DNA of 64,000 nucleotides from Candidatus Hydrogenedentota bacterium (GCA_963745075.1 CAVUWV010000001.1:32001-96000); one strand, 5' to 3'. Counted from the first letter of the stretch, positions 1-9,509 are shown. Notes: a model not told the origin generated them from the letters alone. Translations and numbers: made by a program.

Positions 1-152
1 CCTTTGGAATCGACCAGTGCTTCGTGACTTTGAATCCACGCGGACTTGACGTTCTTGAGCGTTTTATGCGCCCTTGCAATCCCGTCGGATATCGCGGCAT
101 CAAAACTTTCCTTGGAAGACGCCTTAATCTCGGTAATTCGTGCAATCGACAT
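1..152 (-). CDS. Dodecin family protein, copy 1 (runs off the window edge)
   Basis: Manual translation MSIARITEIKASSKESFDAAISDGIARAHKTLKNVKSAWIQSHEALVDSKG; close paralog of 2458..2664. Confidence 0.85.
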   Translation of the reverse strand, partial: MSIARITEIKASSKESFDAAISDGIARAHKTLKNVKSAWIQSHEALVDSK

Positions 153-226
153 TTTGAGTATCCTCGCGTTGAATCGTGAACTCGACAATTGATCCAATCA
201 CCCTCTCAAAGCCCGCTACGGCCGAA

Positions 227-415
227 TCAGTCCGCGGCAAGATTGGAGGCGTGGTTGAGGTTGGCGTAGAACGAGTCGACCTCTTTCATGGCTTTTTCGG
301 CACAAGGGGGACAGAAACCGTGGCTCACTCGTTCCTCGGCGGGGAAGTCGGCTTCCGGTGCGACCCAACCGTCATCTTTGCAGATTCTCCGGCACTCGGC
401 GCATTTTAAGATCAT
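227..415 (-). CDS. Small Cys/His putative zinc-binding protein (62 aa)
   Basis: MILKCAECRRIC...VSHGFCPPC; GAGGAGG RBS upstream; lies between a promoter box and dodecin. Confidence 0.7.
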   Translation of the reverse strand: MILKCAECRRICKDDGWVAPEADFPAEERVSHGFCPPCAEKAMKEVDSFYANLNHASNLAAD

Positions 416-505
416 GGAAACCTCCTCGGTCCGCGGGCTGAGCGTTGTGGAGAAACCCGATGGTTTGAGCAATCCTGCCTGACCGGCACCGTCAGGCTGT
501 GAATC

Positions 506-559
506 ATTAGGCCAGATTTCCGTAAATGCAGGACAAAGCCTTAGTAAAGGTTTGGCAAA
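506..559 (-). promoter_or_regulatory. 11-bp-phased direct-repeat box plus -10-like hexamer (instance 1)
   Basis: On +: cgtaaa 521, gacaaa 532, agtaaa 543, ggcaaa 554; CCTAAT on - strand 9 bp downstream of the last unit. Confidence 0.75.
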
Positions 560-636
560 CTTTTGGGTTACGCGTGATATCTCCGCGGTTTAGGCACGTC
601 TCGGCGATCCACCGGTAGTACTGACGCGCCATGGGT

Positions 637-741
637 TATGAAATCCCGATCGCTCCCAACAACCAGTACAAGATGAGAAAGATGATGATGGTGCCGAAAA
701 GTCCGCCGCCCCATTTCCAGGCGCCGGCACCTGCGATCCCT
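637..741 (-). pseudogene. 5'-truncated copy of the small membrane protein at 3066..3188
   Basis: Encodes GIAGAGAWKWGGGLFGTIIIFLILYWLLGAIGIS*; similarity to 3066..3188 stops at about 740 and the paralog's start is absent. Confidence 0.65.
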
Positions 742-1170
742 TTGACTGTTCCGGCTTCAAAGTTCGGCCCTTTGCAAGCTCCCCCCGTTCTTTTTTGAGA
801 ATCTCATCATATTGCCACTGAGATTGTATATTGACCATGGTTCAGCATTAGGCGCGGTTCGCGCTCAAGATGGTTGATTCGTCTGCATAGTTGGGGTCTC
901 CATCGCGTGGTACGACGTGATGGAGACCCCAGACCAGTGTGCCGTCTTGAGTCGGCACGCACGTCATTCGTCTCTGTTAGTTGCCGGTGCGGAACAGGAC
1001 TTCGACTCGCCCGTCGCGCCTGAGATTCGCGTCGCCAAATGCGCCAATTTAGATCTTGTCGTCCGGCATTCCGGCCTTGGCCAGACTGTATCGGACGGTA
1101 TTGACACGAAGATCGCTCAGGTCTCGATCGCGCGGATTCATGTAGCCATCGATTCCGACATTCTCCGGCT

Positions 1171-2082
1171 CTATTTCGAATTCACCGTCGTGTAGTACCG
1201 GAGGCGCAGAAATCCCTGTGCGGGCCCCTGGCTGGGGGCAGACGCCAGGCACTCGACGGTATGGCTGCCGGGAACCTGGAACGCATGTTTCAGAACGGGC
1301 GCGGAAGAAACCACCACCCCATCGATGCACCAGACGTGTTTCTCATAGCCACGCGGCGGAGTGAACTCTGTTTCGGTGTTGATGGTGACTTCGGTCGGAA
1401 CTCCTGGCGCAGGCACGACCCTGGTGTATGCCGTAGCGGACGCCACGGCAGCAGTCTTGCCATTCTTTTTCTCGGTCTCGATGTACGTGACGACGTACTC
1501 GCCGGCCTCCCTGAAGGTGTACGTCAGTGCGTTCCGTTTCGGCTCCTCCGCCACGAAATTCCCGTTGATGAACCACGCACAAGTATGTCTGCGCTCGAGC
1601 TTGGTCGCCACGGTCAATTCGAGCGTCTGGCCCTCGTAATACACGGGTCGCAGTTCGATCTGGATCTCCCGCCGTGCGGTTGAGATTGCGATCCCCAATG
1701 TCTCCTCGATCTTCTTCTCGGATTGCCTCGCAAGTGCCGCCCTTTTCGCGACGATGTTGGGCATGTCGCGGCGAGGTATGAAGACCGGCACGATCACAGC
1801 TCCTCCGGCGGTTTCGACGGTTACATCGTAACTACCTGCATCGAGAATCTCGCTCGGCGCAAAGTCGTGGCCGCTGGGGAAAAACTGCCAACCGCGAATG
1901 TCCTTTACAGGGACCGGTACGCCGTCTTTCGTCAGCTTACTGGTTGCCGACTGTTGCGGCGACATGAAGATTGCGCTCGTGGAATTGGTCGTAATCGCTC
2001 CATTGCTCAGGGCAGCCGACAGGCACAAGACCAAGAGAACGCTCACGGTGCTGCCCCCGTGGAAGTAGCTCGCCGTTTTCAT
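1171..2082 (-). CDS. Secreted hypothetical protein with PKD/Ig-like beta-sandwich repeats
   Basis: Signal-like N-terminus; two W-x-I-N/D-G...Y/H-x-F-x-x-x-G-x-Y/H-x-V motifs; GAGGAG RBS. Confidence 0.65.
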   Translation of the reverse strand: MKTASYFHGGSTVSVLLVLCLSAALSNGAITTNSTSAIFMSPQQSATSKLTKDGVPVPVKDIRGWQFFPSGHDFAPSEILDAGSYDVTVETAGGAVIVPVFIPRRDMPNIVAKRAALARQSEKKIEETLGIAISTARREIQIELRPVYYEGQTLELTVATKLERRHTCAWFINGNFVAEEPKRNALTYTFREAGEYVVTYIETEKKNGKTAAVASATAYTRVVPAPGVPTEVTINTETEFTPPRGYEKHVWCIDGVVVSSAPVLKHAFQVPGSHTVECLASAPSQGPAQGFLRLRYYTTVNSK

Positions 2083-2184
2083 AATCAATTCTCCTCTTGT
2101 GATGGTCAAGTACCTCATTCTCGGTTCCGGGCCGACCAGCGGAGGGAAAGCACGACGGTTCGCGTGCCCTCCGGCCTTAAATCG

Positions 2185-2302
2185 CACGATTCACGGTCAG
2201 AACGATCGCGATAACAGGGCAAGTCAGTTCGGCCGCCCAGTAAGAAGTGAGCACCCCCTGCAGCTAGAGGATGATCAAAAGGAACAAGACCACTCCAAAC
2301 AT
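2185..2302 (-). pseudogene. Degenerate lmo0937-like small membrane protein
   Basis: MFGVVLFLLIIL*LQGVLTSY...VIAIVLTVNR resembles 10048..10197, with TAG where Trp is expected. Confidence 0.4.
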
Positions 2303-2457
2303 TTTTGCCTCTTTTGTCGCAGCCCCGCATCAATGTGAATCAACCACCGGCGGGCTACGACCGCGCAGCCTCTTCTGAACTGACCGCCGCCGCAAAGCGC
2401 AACTTGTCAGAGTGGCTTGGGTGATCGCACGGGGCGTGTGCGGCCTTACCTGCCGCG

Positions 2458-2664
2458 TCAGTCTTTCAAGATGAACGTAATTTTCATGAGCACCCGGTAC
2501 TCGGTGATCTCACCTTCGGAATCAACCAGTGCCTCGTGGCTTTGAATCCACGTGGATTTGACGTTCTTGAGCGTTTTATGCGCCCTTTCAATCCCTTCGG
2601 ATATTGCCGCATCGAAGCTCTCCGTAGAAGACGCCTTAATCTCAGTAATTCGTGCAATCGACAT
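2458..2664 (-). CDS. Dodecin family protein, copy 2
   Basis: MSIARITEIKASSTESFDAAISEGIERAHKTLKNVKSTWI...EYRVLMKITFILKD. Confidence 0.9.
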   Translation of the reverse strand: MSIARITEIKASSTESFDAAISEGIERAHKTLKNVKSTWIQSHEALVDSEGEITEYRVLMKITFILKD

Positions 2665-2823
2665 TTGGAATCTCCTCACTTTGAATCGTGCATTCGACAC
2701 ATTGGCCAATCGCCCTGCCAACGCCCCGGTCTACCGAGTCACTCTGCGGCAGGGGCGGAGGCGTGGTCGTGCGGCCTGTGGTTTGGGCCACGTAGCCTAG
2801 CAACTATTGTTAGGCTTCACACC

Positions 2824-2876
2824 ACTAGGCCAAAACTACGTAAATCCTAGACAAAAACTCGTAAAGTTTTGGCAAA
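2824..2876 (-). promoter_or_regulatory. 11-bp-phased box (instance 2), upstream of dodecin 2
   Basis: On +: cgtaaa 2839, gacaaa 2850, cgtaaa 2860 (one 10-bp step), ggcaaa 2871; -10-like CCTAGT. Confidence 0.7.
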
Positions 2877-3065
2877 CAACTCCGCACCGTGCGAAATCGT
2901 CAAGGAGCCGGCATGCATGTATCACATTTCGACAAGTGTGGAGCCCCACAAAGAACGTCCGGCGGCAACGCGGCGATACAGGTGAACACGGACCGTTCCG
3001 TCGTCATGTGCGCCACCAATTTGGCGTGCAGCGACTCTACTTATCGCGGAAAGTACAAGGTTGGG

Positions 3066-3188
3066 CTATGAAATCCCGATCGCTCCCAACAACCAGTACA
3101 AGATGAGAAAGACGATGATGGTGCCGAAAAGCCCGCCGCCCCATTTCCAGGCGCCGGCGCCAGCGAGCCCTGTGCGAAGAAGACCCAT
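3066..3188 (-). CDS. Small membrane protein (40 aa)
   Basis: MGLLRTGLAGAGAWKWGGGLFGTIIVFLILYWLLGAIGIS; AAGGAG RBS; partial duplicate at 637..741. Confidence 0.75.
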   Translation of the reverse strand: MGLLRTGLAGAGAWKWGGGLFGTIIVFLILYWLLGAIGIS

Positions 3189-3431
3189 GGTAGTAGCTCC
3201 TTTTCGTGTTTGATTCACGTCCCGGATCAACAGTCTATTTTCAACCATCACGCGCCCGGCCATGAGCTGCGTATGGCGAGTATTCTGGAAGAGACTTCCC
3301 TTCATTCGTGCACGCATCGAGGGGCAAGCAAGAAGCGCGTAACCGTCGTGGGACACCTCCTCCATCAAGGGGCTGCGCGTTGGCGGGAACCTTTCGGACG
3401 TCGCCTGGCAGCCACCGTTAAGCTTTGTATC

Positions 3432-3485
3432 ATTAGGCCAGAACTACGTAAATGCAGGTCAAAGAATTCGTAAAGTTTCGGCAAA
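3432..3485 (-). promoter_or_regulatory. 11-bp-phased box (instance 3)
   Basis: On +: cgtaaa 3447, gtcaaa 3458, cgtaaa 3469, ggcaaa 3480; -10-like CCTAAT. Confidence 0.75.
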
Positions 3486-3584
3486 TGATTCCGCTGCATG
3501 CGAAACCGCCACGGAGGCGGCAGTCGTCGACGGTGGTCGGCAAAGGTCGAGCGCACGAGAACGCTCGGCGGAATTGGATGTGTG

Positions 3585-5483
3585 TCACGCGGACGCGGAT
3601 ATGGGTTGTGGTTGTGCGGCGTTCTTCGCCTCCTCGTACGCCAGGATTGGCAGCCAGTCGGTCAACTGCTTGCGCGTTTCCAGCAAGGTAGTCGCCATCA
3701 GGTCCGCCCCTACCTCTTGAAGTTGTTCCCGATTCACGTCCACGTTGTCCTTGAGACCCCAGCGTCCCACGATAATCTTGAGATCCGGGTGCCGTGTCTT
3801 AAGCCGTTTGCACAGGTAGCGCGTGTGGGCCAGTCCACCCGGCGGCAACGCGCCGATGCAGATGAGCGCAGACTTCGCCTCGGTTACATGCGCGACGAGT
3901 TCTGCGGTCAATGTCTCCAATACCGTCACCTCCACTTCCCATTCGTCCGGGTTGAGGAGTTGACGCAACATATCGAGCGCCAGCTTATCCGCGTCGTCAC
4001 GAGCCGGACACGCGAGAATGCGAACCTTGGAGGGTAGTGCTTGGGCCCCTTCGACCGACCGTCCTTTTGTCGCCGCCAACACCGCGGCCGACCGACGCTC
4101 GCCCAAATCTTCCAGCACTTCGTGCGTCGCCTGGATGATGAATTTTTCGTCGGATTCCGTGAGCAAGTCCCGCTCTCGATCCCGCTTTGTGTAGACCAGC
4201 GCCGGCACCAGCAGTTCATCGTAGACCTGTTCGGGAGGAGAAGCTTTGGCGTGTGCTAAGACTAACTGTGCCGCCTCATCCTGGTCTCGCGCCAAAAGCC
4301 GCTGGTAGTAACTCACATCCGGGTCCAGCGCCGGTACATCGCCAAGAAGCACGGCAAAGAACTCTAACTCGGGGACGTGCTTCCCGAGGACCACGAGGCA
4401 GACCGTCAGAGGGCCCGACAGAACCAGGCCGATGGGTCCCCACAGAAAAGTCCAGAACGCGGCGGCGATCAGCATGGCCACCACGGAGACGCCGATGCTG
4501 CGACCGTACAGCCACGGCTCCACGGCGTTGTTCCAAACGAGTTCCAGGACCAGGAAGAGTCCGACCACCGCGAGCGGCAGCCACCAACCGGGGAACAGGG
4601 CCAGGCTGAGGGCAATTGGAAGCAGCGCCGCGAGGGGCGCCCCGACGTAGGGAACGTAGCGAAGGACCGCGGCGAGAAAACCCCAGAGCAGAACGTAGTC
4701 GACGCCAATGAAGTACAAGGCCAGGCCCCAAGTCAGGCCGTACGTTCCGTTCACGGCGAGCTGCGTGAGCAGGTAGCGGCTGATGCGCTCCCCCGCGTCG
4801 TCTATGGCCTTGGTCGTCGCAGTCATGCGCCCATTTCCCAATAAGCGGATCAGACGATTACGCAGGGCCTCGCGTTCCAGGAGCATGAACACGACCAGCA
4901 CTAGCGCCAGGGCCAAACCGCCGAGCGACGCCACCACAGAGTTGAACATGGCCGGTAACCACGAAAGCCACGCTGGGATTTCCGGCTGAGCTATCGCGGC
5001 AGGAGCCAGGCGTTCCGGAGGAACCTCTACGGCAACCGGCTTCGTCGCCTCCCCTTCCGGGTTCGCCGACGGTTTCTCCCACTCCCCGGTAATGTCCTGG
5101 GACAATTTGCCAAGGCGTTCCATGTCATCGCCATGGCCCATCCGTCGCAGGTCCTTGACCTTATCCCGGATGTTTTCAGTGTAAGTGGGTAGTTCATGGG
5201 CCAAGCTCGCGAGTTCGACCTTGACCAGCCATACAACGCCCCCTAGAGCCAGGGAGGCGAGCAGGACGACTACGACAACCGAAAGTCTTCGTCCCAAGTG
5301 CCAACGCTGTAGGGCCGTGACAAGCGGGGCAAGCAGAAAAGCCAGGAACAAGGCCAAGGCAACCGGAATGAGCACCGTCTGCGCCCAATACAAGCCGCCT
5401 ATCACGACGACCCCGACGACGGTGCCTGCCAGCACGGTCAGGGTAGCCTGACGAGCGGGAGCGACGAACAATTTCGCCATCAA
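3585..5483 (-). CDS. AI-2E family transporter with C-terminal soluble (B12-binding-like Rossmann) extension
   Basis: Multi-TM; motifs LIPVALALFLAFLL, RISRYL, LRYVPYVG, NNAVEPWLYG, GPIGLVLSGPLTVCLVV. Confidence 0.9.
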   Translation of the reverse strand: MMAKLFVAPARQATLTVLAGTVVGVVVIGGLYWAQTVLIPVALALFLAFLLAPLVTALQRWHLGRRLSVVVVVLLASLALGGVVWLVKVELASLAHELPTYTENIRDKVKDLRRMGHGDDMERLGKLSQDITGEWEKPSANPEGEATKPVAVEVPPERLAPAAIAQPEIPAWLSWLPAMFNSVVASLGGLALALVLVVFMLLEREALRNRLIRLLGNGRMTATTKAIDDAGERISRYLLTQLAVNGTYGLTWGLALYFIGVDYVLLWGFLAAVLRYVPYVGAPLAALLPIALSLALFPGWWLPLAVVGLFLVLELVWNNAVEPWLYGRSIGVSVVAMLIAAAFWTFLWGPIGLVLSGPLTVCLVVLGKHVPELEFFAVLLGDVPALDPDVSYYQRLLARDQDEAAQLVLAHAKASPPEQVYDELLVPALVYTKRDRERDLLTESDEKFIIQATHEVLEDLGERRSAAVLAATKGRSVEGAQALPSKVRILACPARDDADKLALDMLRQLLNPDEWEVEVTVLETLTAELVAHVTEAKSALICIGALPPGGLAHTRYLCKRLKTRHPDLKIIVGRWGLKDNVDVNREQLQEVGADLMATTLLETRKQLTDWLPILAYEEAKNAAQPQPISASA

Positions 5484-5589
5484 TCAAGACCTCCAAAAGA
5501 GTGCAACGATAAAGAGGCTGTTCGCGGCCTGCTCCTACTTGTCGCACTCACGTCACGAAATCGTTCGCGCAATCAGTATGGCTAGCCCG

Positions 5590-5891
5590 GACCTCGCCGC
5601 GACGCTCTTGCTACACGTCGGGGTGCATCGGGCACGTGTAAATGGGGTGGGCTGCAGAGGATTTGACCTTCGCCGTCGAACGGTTGCCGTGATCATGCGC
5701 GGGTGTTATCCACAGCAGCACCCGCGCTTGCCTTCCGGCTTAGCATGGGCGGGCGCGGACAAGAACTCTGTCCGACAGTGTTCGCTGCAGAAGTAGAATG
5801 CTTTTCCATCGCGCTCGGCGTGGAGAGCGGTTGCTTCGTCCACCGTCATTCCGCAGATGGGGTCTTTGGTTTCGGATTTCGAGTCTTTCAT
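5590..5891 (-). pseudogene. YHS domain ORF (5706..5891) plus out-of-frame YTCPMHP motif: N-terminal remnant of a Cu/heavy-metal P1B ATPase
   Basis: KDPICGMTV...FYFCSEHC; downstream frame reads HDHG...PIYTCPMHPDV*. Confidence 0.65.
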
Positions 5892-5924
5892 GATCGTGCT
5901 TCCTTCTCCGGTCACTATTGCCTA

Positions 5925-6290
5925 TCAATCGTTTTCAGTGGTCTCCACAAATGGCGCTATCGGACAATCCAGCGTATCGGCGATGGCGCGAATCAATTCG
6001 GCATCGCGATCCTGGATCAAACCATCCGCACTGACGACATGAACGCAGGCTTCGATAAAACTCCGTTTGATTTGCGGCACGGCCGACGCGAGGCAATCGA
6101 GCGCGGTCTCGACCAGATTCCGATTCAGGTCTTAGCGCCGCTTGAGCTGCACGTCAATTTGTGTGTAATCGTCTTTGAAACGATTGTGTAGTTCGACGAG
6201 TTTGTTGTAGATACCGACAACGAACAAAGCCGCAATCAATGCCAGCGTCGCCAGCACGATGATGACATTCAGTAAAGCAGTCATGACCAT
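5925..6290 (-). pseudogene. lemA: LemA N-terminus fused in frame to the C-terminus of an M48-family peptidase; internal stop
   Basis: GIYNKLVELHNR...QIDVQLKRR*DLNRNLVETA (TAA at 6132-6134), then ...FIEACVHVVSADGLIQDRDAELIRAIADTLDCPIAPF. Confidence 0.7.
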
Positions 6291-6385
6291 CTCTTTTCTT
6301 TGGTTAAGTATCCGGGCAAAGCGCCGGTCCCGGGGCCGTAATCGGCTCTGCTAGAACGACCGTAAGCGTTCACTACTCGCTCCAA

Positions 6386-6781
6386 TCAGGCTGCCGCCAT
6401 CTTCATAATGTTGACCAACGTGTCCTCCACTTCCTGTGCTACACCTTTCAGTTGGGGCGAGTTGAACATTCCCAGCAGCGTGGTTGGCTTCAATGTAGCC
6501 AGAATAGTTCTTCCGCCTTCCTCGAAGATGGAGATCCGGCATGGTAGCGCGGTCGAGACGCTCATATTTTCATCGAGCACCTTCTTCGCTTGTTGCGGTT
6601 GACACACTTCGAAGATTAGGCATTCGCGGGCAAACTCGACGCCCTTCTTCTCCATGGTCTCTTTGAGGTCATGCACCTGCATGACGCCAAAGTGATTGGC
6701 CTGGACCGCAGCCTGCAAGGCTGCCGCCGTATCCTCTACCGTTTTCTCCGTGGGCAGTTTGATCAGCATAGGTTTGCTCAC
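6386..6781 (-). CDS. DUF302 domain protein
   Basis: FGVMQVHDLKETM...IFEVCQP...STALPCRISIFE. Confidence 0.9.
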   Translation of the reverse strand: MSKPMLIKLPTEKTVEDTAAALQAAVQANHFGVMQVHDLKETMEKKGVEFARECLIFEVCQPQQAKKVLDENMSVSTALPCRISIFEEGGRTILATLKPTTLLGMFNSPQLKGVAQEVEDTLVNIMKMAAA

Positions 6782-6954
6782 CTCCTTGCGACTTCATTTC
6801 GTAACAGCGCTGATCGCTGGCACACGCGCACCATCGTTCTCCATGAATTACGCGTTAGGGCGACTCAGCAGCGCTCGCGGTGGCGAGTGCCGCCCTGAGC
6901 CGCCTAAAAGAGATAGCGCTTCCGTTCAATGAGCTTGAGCGCCGTTACTTACGG

Positions 6955-7107
6955 TTACTTCTGGGCTCCTTCCGCCGCATTTTCGACGGCTTGGCCGCCT
7001 TTCTGAATGTCCTTGCCCGCACCCCTAAAGGTGTTGCAGCCGAGTGCTGAGATACTCAATAGCGCGACCAGAACCAATGCCGTGACGAATTTCTGATAGC
7101 CGTTCAT
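6955..7107 (-). CDS. Entericidin EcnA/B family lipoprotein (not in ORF track)
   Basis: MNGYQKFVTALVLVALLSISALGCNTFRGAGKDIQKGGQAVENAAEGAQK. Confidence 0.9.
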   Translation of the reverse strand: MNGYQKFVTALVLVALLSISALGCNTFRGAGKDIQKGGQAVENAAEGAQK

Positions 7108-7249
7108 CTTAAGGTTTCCTTCGCATGGGGTGTTTACTGGTTAGTTCGTGTCTAAATAACAATAAGCGCCGTATCCACTGGGCCGGACGCCGCGCCCGCC
7201 AACGCGTGAACGCCTCTCCAATAAGTACTCTTCTGCGCCTGCTCCTCAA

Positions 7250-7846
7250 TCACACGTCCGCTGTATTGTTATAAGGCGCCTTTGGACCACTTGATTGTCC
7301 GGACGAACTGTTGGAGCCATTGTTCCTGGCACCCACTGGCCGCGCGATTGATTTAGACACTTGTTTTGTGACGATCTCTCGGACGAGTTCAATCAGCGAT
7401 CCAAGGACGATCCCTTTCAACTCTGTAATCTCAGGTTGGAACGTGCTGCCCAGGTTGGCTAGCCAACTTGGTGAAGCCGCGGTGGCGGGCCGAGTGGGGT
7501 CTTTGCCATTGCTGATGTCGCTGACCCGGGTGTGCGGGTGCACGTCAGGATCCGCGCGGGCCAGAGTCGCGTTGTCACCCTTTCCGTCTTCTGCAGTGTG
7601 TCCAGACCGGTGGCTGCCCGAACGCATGCCTCCGAGGAACCCCAGCGCCGTTGCTCCCGCCAGAAGCGTCCAGGGCCGCTGCCGCATATGAAGCTTGAGG
7701 TCAAAGGTGTCTCGGACCGAATTCACGGAGTCCTTGACCGTCCTGACCGTTGCCGAGACCATGTATTCCAACTCTTCGAGCTTGCCGGTCAGGTCGTCCC
7801 GCGTCACATCCATCTGTTTCCGCATCGCATTGCCTTCGTTATCCAC
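7250..7846 (-). CDS. DUF3618/DUF883-like membrane-anchored protein
   Basis: MRKQMDVTRDDLTGKLEELE...RQRPWTLLAGATALGFLGG; overlaps the stop of the upstream gene. Confidence 0.7.
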   Translation of the reverse strand: MDNEGNAMRKQMDVTRDDLTGKLEELEYMVSATVRTVKDSVNSVRDTFDLKLHMRQRPWTLLAGATALGFLGGMRSGSHRSGHTAEDGKGDNATLARADPDVHPHTRVSDISNGKDPTRPATAASPSWLANLGSTFQPEITELKGIVLGSLIELVREIVTKQVSKSIARPVGARNNGSNSSSGQSSGPKAPYNNTADV

Positions 7847-8231
7847 CGACGTTCTCCTTGCGGCCTTGCGTCAACGTGGCGGTCGCGGTATTGAAGAATC
7901 TGTACCTCTGAAACCCCATCAGGCACAGGGCTACGCCAAGGGCCGCGATGGGGGTGCCTACGATTCCGTAGCATCCCCACAAGGGGAGGACCGGCGCTAA
8001 CCGCGCCAGCAGGTGCACCACCATTCCGCAGAGCAAGACGCTGCCCATCACGACGATCGCAAAGCCGACTGCCACGATAGAACCAGCCTCCCGGGCGTGG
8101 TCGATTTCTCCCTTGATCTCATGCCGGAAGAGGGCCAGTTGTTGCTTGGTGAGTACATGGATATCCTCAATGATTCCGTTTACCAGCCCAAAGACACTGG
8201 CTTCCGGCCGCGTTTCCTGATCGTTCGACAT
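7839..8231 (-). CDS. Phage-holin-family (DUF1469/YhjD-like) membrane protein
   Basis: SVFGLVNGIIEDIHVLTKQQLALFRHEIK followed by 2 TM segments; sits between DUF883-like genes. Confidence 0.8.
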   Translation of the reverse strand: MSNDQETRPEASVFGLVNGIIEDIHVLTKQQLALFRHEIKGEIDHAREAGSIVAVGFAIVVMGSVLLCGMVVHLLARLAPVLPLWGCYGIVGTPIAALGVALCLMGFQRYRFFNTATATLTQGRKENVGG

Positions 8232-8235
8232 TGCA

Positions 8236-8682
8236 TTAGCTCCGCGGCGTCGTAGCCTTGGCGACCAGATACCCGGCGGCAACGCCGATGAGCAGGGCTG
8301 GAATGGGGTTGCGGCGGATTAAGTTCGTCAGGTCTTCGGCCATCTCCTTGACGCCCTCCTCCTGGAGGTAGCGGCCGGTGCTTTCCAAACTGTCGGCCAC
8401 TGCCGAGGAAGCATCGCCGGCTATGCCACCCTCTGGCCCACGGTCGCGGACAGAGTTGCCAAACGACCGGAGCCCACTTCCCACCGCGGAGCTGGCGTCT
8501 CCGGTCTTGTGACCCACGTAGGATGCTGCATCTTCTGCCTTGTGACCCACGTAGGAGGCCGCATCTTCTGCCTTGTGGCCCACGAAGGATGCGACATGCT
8601 CAACCCTTCCGGCGCGATCGGCGTCGAGGCAAGGCTGTATATCGTCATCTGAGTTCCGATTTGAGATCGTCGACTTGTCCAT
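8236..8682 (-). CDS. DUF883/ElaB-like protein with 11-aa tandem repeats
   Basis: About 3 copies of ASYVGHKAEDA; C-terminal IRRNPIPALLIGVAAGYLVA. Confidence 0.8.
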   Translation of the reverse strand: MDKSTISNRNSDDDIQPCLDADRAGRVEHVASFVGHKAEDAASYVGHKAEDAASYVGHKTGDASSAVGSGLRSFGNSVRDRGPEGGIAGDASSAVADSLESTGRYLQEEGVKEMAEDLTNLIRRNPIPALLIGVAAGYLVAKATTPRS

Positions 8683-8764
8683 GGTGTATTTCCTTTTCGT
8701 GCTTTTCAGCGGGGAGGCGAGCGGCCGGTACCGATCGCGGAACCGCGCCGCCCGTCGCTTGTGC

Positions 8765-9205
8765 TTACTTCTCGTCTACGGTGATATTGAGCTCGGCGGT
8801 GGCGTCGGGGCCCTTCGTTGGGTGGCCCATCACTTTAACCGCGAAGTCGCCCAGGGCAGCATCGTCTGCTGCGTTCACGGTCACCTTCGCGTCCATGTCA
8901 CTGCGCATGATGACCGGGTCCATCGGATCGATTGTCACGCCGTTGGGTAGGTCGTTGAACATGAGCGTAACATCCTGGTCGATGTTCTTGCCCCGCTTGA
9001 TGCCGATCGTTACGGCTTTGGCCTCGCCTTGGGCAAGTTTCGTGGACATCATGGGCGTGTCGAGGCTGAACGTATCGTCCGTTTGCCCAATCGTGGCTTG
9101 CTCGGAGGCTGGAAGGGAGACTCCAGGACCGCCCGAGGTGCTCTTGTTGCAGCCGAAGGCGGCCACCATGGCTCCTAATAATAGTACCGCAATAACATGT
9201 TTCAT
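8765..9205 (-). CDS. Hypothetical lipoprotein (Ig-like)
   Basis: MKHVIAVLLLGAMVAAFGC lipobox; AAAGGA RBS. Confidence 0.8.
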   Translation of the reverse strand: MKHVIAVLLLGAMVAAFGCNKSTSGGPGVSLPASEQATIGQTDDTFSLDTPMMSTKLAQGEAKAVTIGIKRGKNIDQDVTLMFNDLPNGVTIDPMDPVIMRSDMDAKVTVNAADDAALGDFAVKVMGHPTKGPDATAELNITVDEK

Positions 9206-9305
9206 CAGTGAATATCCTTTCGTTGTTGTAGGGGGAGTCTCCGTCCCACATCGGGCGGGCGCGGTGTGTTCCACTAAAGGTTCAGCTCGCTGCTCGTGGA
9301 GGGGT

Positions 9306-9509
9306 CTACGGTTGGGCCAAGTCGTTGACCTTGTTGACCGCCTTCTCAGCCTTCTCTTTTCCGGCACCGTAGCCTTCCTGAAACTTGCCGGTAAGCTGAT
9401 CGCGTTGCCCGGCGATGATGGTCGAGTCGTCGTTCGTCACCTTGCCCCACTTTGCCTTGGCCCTTCCCTTTAGCTGTTTCCAGTTGCCTTTGACTTGATC
9501 CCAGTTCAT
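9306..9509 (-). CDS. csbD: CsbD family stress protein
   Basis: MNWDQVKGNWKQLKGRAKAKWGKVTNDD...GQRDQLTGKFQEGYG. Confidence 0.92.
   Translation of the reverse strand: MNWDQVKGNWKQLKGRAKAKWGKVTNDDSTIIAGQRDQLTGKFQEGYGAGKEKAEKAVNKVNDLAQP

Noticed and set aside
7839..8231. Prophage inferred from the holin-family gene
   Set aside because: DUF1469-type genes flanked by DUF883-like genes are a stress-cluster arrangement; no phage structural or lysis genes are present.
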